The translations under genes were made by a program, and so were the position numbers. Positions 54,922 to 64,000 of a DNA stretch of 64,000 nt are shown in pieces. The notes under the pieces were generated by a model. It searched no databases, was not told the origin of the DNA, and saw nothing but the letters and a program-made list of their open reading frames with translations. How positions within the stretch are numbered: position 1 is the first letter of the stretch; each line of letters starts with the position of its first letter. Origin of the DNA: Selaginella moellendorffii (taxonomy: Eukaryota; Plantae; Lycopodiophyta). The stretch lies in assembly GCF_000143415.4 (NCBI RefSeq), contig NW_003314300.1, forward strand, positions 290,908 to 354,907. The letters run 5' to 3'.

Positions 54922-55084
54922 ATTGGAATCACAAAACAATGAATACACACACACACAGAGGACCATGTGATGAGCTACGAGCAACTCAGATATGGGAAAC
55001 ACGCATTGGAATCACAAAGCAATGAATACACGTACACACACAGAGGACCATGTGACGAGTTACGAGCGACTTAGATATGGGAAA
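54922..55084. repeat. ~80 bp direct repeat x2 (copy at 60074-60236)
   Basis: CATTGGAATCACAAA...GATATGGGAAA occurs twice. Confidence 0.85.
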
Positions 55085-56426
55085 GGAGAGCATACGGTAA
55101 CTACATGATGGTGTCAAGGAGTGGACGCACTGTGAGCAGCCAGTTCTGCTCATTGTGGATCCTCTTGATTCCTGCCAGGCTCAATCCGGGACGTGCTGGA
55201 TATGAGATCCTCGGCAGCTAGTTGACCAGATCAAGTGCAGAGATCCACATGGCGGTGATCATTGGCCATGTTTCGAAAGTAGCTCCATCCCCACTAGAAC
55301 AGCCCAAGCTGGCCGCAAGCACCAAGAACACTCACAAACGCCGAATGCTCGGGATCAAACGCCATGTTGATGGTGTCTCTGCCGTGATCCTGGCAATGCG
55401 ACAAGGCCGTGTTCAGCATGTTCCAGGCGATGAGATCTTTCTTTCCGAGAAGGCAGCAAACATCCGCTTGGCTCTGGTCGTATGCCCGCTCCGGGCATAT
55501 GCTCTAACGATGGAGGAAACAACTCTCTCGGCTTTGGCATTTAAAAGATAGCCAATTCCACGTCATGAGGCGTGCTCGGGAATTAGTTCGAAAAGGCCTC
55601 GTTGAATTCCAGGGAAAATGTCATCGAATCACAGATTAGCTTCGCTTTTATCAAATACCCACACCGGGCATATGCTGTAAGAATCGTAGTCCACTAAACT
55701 TATCCGGCATTACATCAATTTCTCTTTCCTTTTCAATATCTTTGACCTGATTGTATGCCTGGAGCATTGTGTTCCAGGCTACAATGTCCTTGTCTCCCAT
55801 AGCAATTCCTTCACTCCGGATAGCCGTTTTGGAATACTGCGCAGCAATCATGTTGTTCCACAAGAAATGATTCCTTGCAGATCACATGCGATCTCTCTCT
55901 TGCTTCTTGCAAGCTCCCACATCTTCCAAACATCTGGATTTCCAAATACATGGATGTGCATGGATCCATCCAAATTCATGGATGGATTGTGCAGTTGCTT
56001 GTTGCACAATCGTCATTCCCCTGAATTCATAAATCTCTTTTGTATGTGACAGATTCCTGGTTTTGCTGCAAAATTGGAGGATCTTGCCGTGAACTCTTGC
56101 TCCCGTTGGTACTGCATTTCTTAAACAACGACCATTTCACAGAAGAATTTAGCTGAAATAGGTGACGATCTATCTTTTCAATTTTCTCCTATGATAATTA
56201 TACTCTAGTGTTGGAAAGCTAAATGTCGCTATACGTCGCAATCTTTCACGTGGGACTTTTAGTCTAAACCTTTTGAGTAGCAGGACTTTACAAAATGGTT
56301 CAAGTTTTAGAACTTTGTGCTTTGTTTTAGATTCCTCGACATAGCCATAACCATTGTTAAACGTTTTAAAAGTGATATTTAGGGAGTATAAATTTGCAAG
56401 CCCCAAATTCAAATTTGCAAGAAATC

Positions 56427-57000
56427 ATGTCGAGTTCTTCTTTCCATCTAGCATTGCTTTGCATATCCATTGGGAGTTTAGCTTCTGCTGCTTCAGCTGG
56501 AGAAGAGGACTCAGTTTCTATCTTTCAAGTCACTGGTACGTAACTCAAGCTTAATTGCTGGGCTTACAAATACATGTGTAATGCAGATGGCAAGCTGGGA
56601 GGATATCCTCAGTGGGTATCCTTCAAGATCACAAACTTGGGACGAGACACCTTAGAAGTGAAAAACTCCTTCTTATCATATGGAAAGTGGTATAAGTACC
56701 CAAATAAGAACGATGATGGCAGTGCACCAGGTGGGATAACCATCGCTGCAGGAGCAACCTCTCCCAACCCGCCATTTGCTGCATGTGGAAGGCAAGGTTC
56801 TCCATCTGGGACTACAGGTGGATTTGACATCTATACGAAGGGCTTCAAAGTTGCCACTATACACTTTTGATTGTCCATACACTGGCAGTAATAAGCTGTC
56901 TGTCAGCGATGAGTGCAAGAATTGTGTTGTGCAGCTTCCGTCCTTTTCTACGTCCGGTGCGCTGGGAGACCTTGTACTCAAAGTGGTGGCACTAGTTTAA
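56427..57000 (+). pseudogene. Aegerolysin copy 2, with a +1 T frameshift at ~56866
   Basis: CACTTTTGA here vs CACTTTGAT in copies 1 and 3. Confidence 0.85.
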
Positions 57001-60000
57001 GCCTCCGAAAGTGAAGCATAGCAAGCTCCATTGCCCGTGGTCACACTGGTGTTCCTTTCAAATATTATGTGGTGGAATAAAATTCTATGCTTCTGGGTTC
57101 TTAATACCGAAATACACTCTAAGATCATTGAAATGCCAAAAAAAATCTATCTCCAATCTCCGATCTGTCCGGTGGAGGTATCACAGCTTAAGTCCATGCC
57201 CCAATGGTTTGGACAATGAAGAGGTACCTAGCAGACGAAGCTGATGAAGGAGTTGTTGCGACTCTTTCATGAGTTCTTCTGGTTAATCTATCTCAAATGT
57301 TTAGTGAGTTTAAGAGTGCGCATTTTGATCTCCGGCGGTCCACTGAATTCTTCAATCATGACTGCTCGTAGCTCGTCCCCCAGTGCTTCGGTCCAAGCTG
57401 AGGTACCTGGATATGTCAGCAAACGATTTCTTCCGTCAACAAAAGATCTGGCTCTGCTTTTGATATCGACTTCTTTATGAAAAAACATGGGTCGAGGTAG
57501 ATCCTTACAAGATAGCCGGTTAGCTTGCGCATCTCCGCTGGCTCCGCATCGAGACCCTACCATCACAGGAAAGCTCCAACTTCGTTCTTCGCGAGCACTC
57601 TCGAAAACGCGATGGAAGTGCTTCTCCGATCCAGCATGCAAGTATGTCAATCGCTGCTCGGGCTCTTGCAACGCCGTACCTCACGTCGTAAACATCATAC
57701 TCGTTGGCCGTGAAGAGCAAATCGTTGTCTTGCTGCCGCCACCTGTTTCATCTCATCGAGATCCTCGGCACAGTAGATCCAGTTCCTGTCCTGCTCGTCC
57801 TCCACAAATGCCACAAGCAGTGCCTCTCTCACAGGCACTAAGAGGCTTTTGAGTTGCCGAGCCTCTTCTTTGTGCTAGTGCTGCTAGCATGCGAAAACCC
57901 AACTAGCTTGATCGGCCATGGCAATCCATCGCTGTTGAAACATATGCTTGGTCTGCTCGATTGACATCCTGGGACCAGTCTCTATTGAGCAAAGCCGTAA
58001 GCCAAAGCTGCCCAGGAGAGAGTGTCACAGCCGGGCATCCTCTCCAACACTGCTCTTGCCAAGTCGGCTCGAGCATAGGCCATGATCAAGCTCGTCCACC
58101 ACACTCTACAAACACCAAAACGAGTGAGCACAGAGAAACCATTGTTGCCTACAGACTTGAGCCTTCTCATGCTCTAATGTTATTTGTTACCATAGCCATC
58201 TGGAAGTTCATCTTCCTCAACATTAGCCTTTTTGTGCATCATTGCTTTCCATCACACTATCACTTGTTTTTTGCTTTTCACTAAACTTTCTTTTGTATTC
58301 AAAGGTTTCCACCCCTCACAATGAATAACCACCCCAAGGGTTACAGCCCTTAGGATTATTGATAATCCCCCACTAATTAATTATATTTAACCTAAAACAA
58401 AGGAAAACCTATGATCTTCATTGTGATCATATTTTAGCCCCTTTACATAATCTCAACAATAATTGTGCTCTATCCTGAGGCACTTTTTGCTTTGGAACCT
58501 CTTCTTGAATAAACTACTACACTTGGTATTTTTGGATTTTCACCTCCCTTTTTTTCTTGTTAGCTTCATTGTAAGAGTAGCCTAATTCTCTTTTTGGCAA
58601 CTATCTAACATATTTCACACCAGAATAAAATGGCCTTCAACTTGGGAAAGGTAACTTGGCGTATTTGGCATGCACCCTACTCCCACTCATTACACTCACT
58701 TTTTGTTCTTGAGTAGTGCACCAAAGATGTAGAGGGGAACTTCATAAACACCAAGATGAGTGAAGATGTAAAGGGGAACTTCATAAACACCAAGATGAGT
58801 GAATAGAGAGAAACCATTGTTACTTAAGGACTTGAACCTTCTCATACTCCAGTGTTAATTATCACCACAACCATTTGGAAGTTCGTCTTCCAGCAGTGCC
58901 ATTATTGCTCTTTATCATACCATCACTCTTTTTTGCATTTCGTCTCCCACAATTGATACAAGGGTTTCCACCCTTCATGATGCAGCCCTATGACTATTGC
59001 TAATCCCCCACTAATTAATCACACTTAATCTAAAACAAAGAAAAACCCTTTGTTTCAGTCGTGAACACACTCTAGCCCCTTGACAATGTCTCTCCTAGGC
59101 ATTTGATGGGAAACCATATTCACATCACCGTTCTGCACGTAGGCCTTGAGTATCACAGTCCTAGACACTGTCCTGGCTTCTTCCAAAACGCATCCTTGAC
59201 GCTCTGGGCATCGCCCTCCTGGTTCCTGGGAAACGCTTGCAGTAGCAAGGTCCGGGACACTAGATCACGACCAAATGGCCTTTGATGGAGGTGGTCCAGC
59301 GCACGCTCCAGATCGCCAGACTGGGTGAAAGCATTGCGAAAGTTACCTCGTCCGCCTTGCATTTCTTCTTCCTCATGTAGAGAAAGACGTCCATTGCCTT
59401 CTCTATCTCGTGAGACCAGCAGAGATTTGCAATAATGCAGTTGTAAGTCGAGACACTGAATGGACACCCACGCTGATCATCTCGTCCAGCAAAGTCTGAG
59501 CTTCTGTATCCTTCCTGGACCTCCAGAGTCCATTGATGACAGTGTTGTACGTGATCATGTTTGGAGCTGGCTCCATTTCTCGTATGAGCTCCAAAGCGTC
59601 ATCGGCTCTTCGAACTTTGCAACGCCCGCTGATCAAAGTGTTGTACGTAACAAACCTCAATGATAAGAATACCCACAACAACTTTTCATGTGGTGGTGAT
59701 AGCAACACCTTGGATCACTGCTGAATTAGATCACCAAAGACATACCATACATACATTATTACAAACATCTAGATCTATGAGCAAACTTAGGTTTCATTCC
59801 AGCTTGAAGGAAACAATCACTCTTGCGGCAAATTTCTCTTTCAAAGTGCGACTGGTGCCAGGCGGCGCAAAATCCTTCGTGATGTTAATAAGAGTGAAGA
59901 ACAGATGCCTTGGACATTTCAAAGATATTTATATCTTAATTTTTCCAAGAAGCATCAGCATTGAGGGTGACTTCTGAACTCCAGGAAAGAATAAATCGCT

Positions 60001-61578
60001 CGTAAGTTTTTGTAAAATTATAAAACACTACTTCTACTTTTGGAGAGAACATTTTGACTATCTCCTATCACACATTGGAATCACAAAACAATGAATACAC
60101 ACACACACAGAGGACCATGTGATGAGCTACGAGCAACTCAGATATGGGAAACACGCATTGGAATCACAAAGCAATGAATACACGTACACACACAGAGGAC
60201 CATGTGACGAGTTACGAGCGACTTAGATATGGGAAAGGAGAGCATACGGTAACTACATGATGGTGTCAAGGAGTGGACGCACTGTGAGCAGCCAGTTCTG
60301 CTCATTGTGGATCCTCTTGACTCCTGCCAGGCTCAATCTGGGACGTGCTGGATATGAGATCCTCGGCAGCTAGTTGACCAGATCAAGTGCAGAGATCCAC
60401 ATGGCGGTGATCATTGGCCATGTTTCGAAAGTAGCTCCATCCCCACTAGAACAGCCCAAGCTGGCCGCAAGCACCAAGAACACTCACAAACGCCGAATGC
60501 TCGGGATCAAACGCCATGTTGATGGTGTCTCTGCCGTGATCCTGGCAATGCGACAAGGCCGTGTTCAGCGTGTTCCAGGCGATGAGATCTTTCTTTCCGA
60601 GAAGGCAGCAAACATCCGCTTGGCTCTGGTCGTATGCCCGCTCCGGGCATATGCTCTAACGATGGAGGAAACAACTCTCTCGGCTTTGGCATTTAAAAGA
60701 TAGCCAATTCCACGTCATGAGGCGTGCTCGGGAATTAGTTCGAAAAGGCCTCGTTGCATTCCAGGGAAAATGTCATCGAATCACAGATTAGCTTCGCTTT
60801 TATCAAATACCCACACCGGGCATATGCTGTAAGAATCGTAGTCCACTAAACTTATCCGGCATTACATCAAATTCTCTTTCCTTTTCAATATCTTTGACCT
60901 GATTGTATGCCTGGAGCATTGTGTTCCAGGCTACAATGTCCTTGTCTCCCATAGCAATTCCTTCACTCTGGATAGCCGTTTTGGAATACTGCGCAGCAAT
61001 CATGTTGTTCCACAAGAAATGATTCCTTGCAGATCACATGCGATCTCTCTCTTGCTTCTTGCAAGCTCCCACATCTTCCAAACATCTGGATTTCCAAATA
61101 CATGGATGTGCATGGATCCATCCAAATTCATGGATGGATTGTGCAGTTGCTTGTTGCACAATCGTCATTCCCCTGAATTCATAAATCTCTTTTGTATGTG
61201 ACAGATTCCTGGTTTTGCTGCAAAATTGGAGGATCTTGCCGTGAACTCTTGCTCCCGTTGGTACTGCATTTCTTAAACAACGACCATTTCACAGAAGAAT
61301 TTAGCTGAAATAGGTGACGATCTATCTTTTCAATTTTCTCCTATGATAATTATACTCTAGTGTTGGAAAGCTAAATGTCGCTATACGTCGCAATCTTTCA
61401 CGTGGGACTTTTAGTCTAAACCTTTTGAGTAGCAGGACTTTAAAAAATGGTTCAAGTTTTAGAACTTTGTGCTTTGTTTTAGATTCCTCGACATAGCCAT
61501 AACCATTGTTAAACGTTTTAAAAGTGATATTTAGGGAGTATAAATTTGCAAGCCCCAAATTCAAATTTGCAAGAAATC

Positions 61579-62148
61579 ATGTCGAGTTCTTCTTTCCATC
61601 TAGCATTGCTTTGCATATCCATTGGGAGCTTAGCTTCTGCTGCTTCAGCTGGAGAAGAGGACTCAGTTTCTATCTTTCAAGTCACCGGTACGTAACTCAA
61701 GCTTAATTGCTGGGCTTACAAATACATGTTTAATGCAGATGGCAAGCTGGGAGGATATCCTCAGTGGGTATCCTTCAAGATCACAAACTTGGGACGAGAC
61801 ACCTTAGAAGTGAAAAACTCCTTATCATATGGAAAGTGGTATAAGTACCCAAATAAGAACGATGATGGCAGTGCACCAGGTGGGATAACCATCGCTGCAG
61901 GAGCAACCTCTCCCAACCCGCCATTTGCTGCATGTGGAAGGCAAGGTTCTCCATCTGGGACTACAGGTGGATTTGACATCTATACGAAGGGCTTCAAAGT
62001 TGCCACTATACACTTTGATTGTCCATACACTGGCAGTAATAAGCTGTCTGTCAGCGATGAGTGCAAGAATTGTGTTGTGCAGCTTCCGTCCTTTTCTACT
62101 TCTGGTGCGCTGGGAGACCTTGTACTCAAAGTGGTGGCACTAGTTTAA
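61579..62148 (+). CDS. Secreted aegerolysin, copy 3 (intact; one-codon deletion)
   Basis: Signal exon MSSSSFHLALLCISIGSLASAASAGEED, same intron as copy 1, KNSLSYGKW. Confidence 0.88.
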
Positions 62149-62825
62149 GCCTCCGAAAGTGAAGCGTAGCAAGCTCCATTGCCAGTGGTCACACTGGTGT
62201 TCCTTTCATATATTATGTGGTGGAATAAAATGCCATGCTTCTGGGTTCTTAATACCGAAATACACTCTAAGATCATTGAAATGCCAAACAAAATCTATCT
62301 CCGATCTCCGATCTTCACAGAAATCTTTGTCCAGTGGAGATATCACAGCTTAAGTCCATGCCCCAATGGTTTGGACAACTCTTCCCATGAGGAGTTCTGC
62401 ACGATTTGGCAATGGTTTAGTGAGCTTAAGAGCGTGCATTTTGGATCCACTGAATTCTTCAACCCTAGCTTGTTCCCAGTGCTTCGGTGCCACAATGCCC
62501 AAGGTTCCTGGATATGTCAGCAAACGATTTCTTCCGTCAACGAAAGATCTGGCTCTGATTTTGAAGAAGACCGACACGTGTCGCCCGTGCCGACGGGGCG
62601 GCCTGCTATTTGCTGCGCATGATCACGATTTCTTCATGAAAAAACATGGGTACATACGTGTCGAGGTAGAGCAGCGGAAGAGAGCTGGAGCTCGCACATC
62701 TCCGCTGGCTCCGCGTCGAGACCCTTCCATAGCAGGAAAGCTCCAACTTCGTTATTAGCGAGCACTCTTGGAAACACCCAGAGATTTATCGAGATGGAAG
62801 ATCCAGCATGCCAGAACGTCGATCC

Positions 62826-63618
62826 TGAAGAGAAGAAGAGCGGAAGCTACGATGGTGGATGACTCTGAAGGATAATTGTATATAATATCATAGATATATA
62901 TACATGATGAAGAGACATGCCTCTAACCTACACCTGGATCAATGAAGTGGCACTCTTGCCACCTAAGATCATGTCATAGAGAGCGTATACTCAACACTCC
63001 TTTTCGATCTCAATGACATGAATCTGAGATCACTTTCCCTCTGCATCCAAGCACTCTATCGTATCCACGACAGAAATCTGTCTCTGCTCGGTGCCTCCTC
63101 TCAGTGCCTTTGCCAGCGCCTTCTCACAGCAGCGCCTCACTCAACGCTCCAGTGGAGTCTCTGCTCGGCCAGCCCTCGGTGCCTCGTGCCTCTACGCCCG
63201 GCACTCACCTCTGGTGAGTCTCTGCGGGGTCTCGCACGCCCTAGCACCTCGTTCACGGCCTCTGATCGCAGTCTCTCCTCTCTCAGCGCCTCTGCCTGTC
63301 TGCTCGTGCCTTGCACCACTCTCTAGTGCAGCACAGTGCTAAATCTTGGCACCTCTCAGCCACGTCCGGTGGATCGTCATCCTCGCTAGCCTCCTCCTCG
63401 GCCAGCGCCATCGTCCCAGGATCTGAAGCCCTCAGGGCTCCGATACCATGAAGAGAAGAAGAGCGGAAGCTACGATGGTGGATGACTCAAAAGATAATTG
63501 TATATAATATCATAGATATATATACATGATGAAGAGACATGCCTCTAGCCTACACCTGGATCAATGAAGTGCCACTCCTGCCACCTAAGATCATGTCATA
63601 GAGAGCGTATACTCAACA
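62826..63618 (-). mobile_element. Young TRIM / non-autonomous LTR element
   Basis: Near-identical LTRs at 62826-62996 and 63449-63618 (TG...CA). TSD GATCC. PBS TGGTATCGGAGC (minus strand). Pyrimidine tract after the left LTR. Internal region 452 bp. Confidence 0.93.
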
Positions 63619-63859
63619 GATCCCTGCTCAAGCTCTCGCAACGTACCTCACGTGGTAAACATCGTACTCGTCCACCAAACAGCAAATCGTTGTCTCTTTG
63701 CCACCACCTGTTTCATCTCATCGAGATCCTCGGCGCAGTAGATCCAGTTCCTGTCCTGCTCGTCGTCCGCTAGCGCTGCTAGCACGCGAGAAGAAAGCAG
63801 CAAGTACGACTTCCCGGACGTCTAGCACCATTGGCCATGGCAATCCATAAAAAAACCCT

Positions 63860-64000
63860 GGCTCCGCAAAGCCTCCGGAAAACATATGCTTGGTCTGGTT
63901 GATCTCGCCTATGGCGGACGTCCCGGGACCAGTCCCTTTTGAGCGACGCCGTAAGCCAGAGCCGCCCACGAGAGGCCATCTCCAGCACCGCTCTCGCCAA
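63860..64000 (-). pseudogene. PPR fragment (homologue of 52830-52995)
   Basis: ARAVLEM..LWLTASLK, GEINQTKHMF. Confidence 0.6.

Larger units (their letters stand above)
51429..62300. repeat. Tandem segmental duplication, unit ~5.1-5.15 kb (about 2.1 near-identical units, with diverged homologous flanks from ~50030 and to 64000)
   Basis: Equivalent ORFs are offset by 5107 and 5152 bp (e.g. 51467/56574/61726; 55222/60374). Confidence 0.95.

Noticed and set aside
50030-64000. MACPF/PlyB-type partner gene for the aegerolysins
   Set aside because: No long ORF or MACPF motif is visible; neighbouring sequence is PPR, CR and TE remnants.

Overview
This is eukaryotic nuclear DNA from a land plant. 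GC-rich, densely packed genes with ~50-70 nt introns and many PLS-type PPR genes suggest a lycophyte such as Selaginella (inference). These genes alternate with AT-rich, decayed transposon islands. Recognisable genes are MIP3 (Sec1-family), SEC13, ORANGE plus a pseudogene copy, a PH-VPS9 Rab5-GEF-like gene, an F-box/LRR gene, two PPRs, SRR1, a double-B3 (REM) factor and the ATX1 copper chaperone. Mobile DNA includes hAT, Copia, Gypsy and Merlin/ISXO2 remnants, a MITE and several TRIMs, one with 5S-rRNA-derived LTRs (Cassandra-like). Two features stand out. (i) A ~5.1 kb tandem array carries three aegerolysin genes, each with a spliced signal-peptide exon that the ORF track missed. (ii) A dispersed, mostly decayed family of Crinkler/RHS-like proteins (header + P-loop NTPase + restriction-endonuclease-like domain) has pieces that are co-duplicated with the aegerolysins. 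Together these may form a microbe-like toxin/defence island undergoing birth-and-death evolution. All family calls come from motif recognition by eye; no searches were run.
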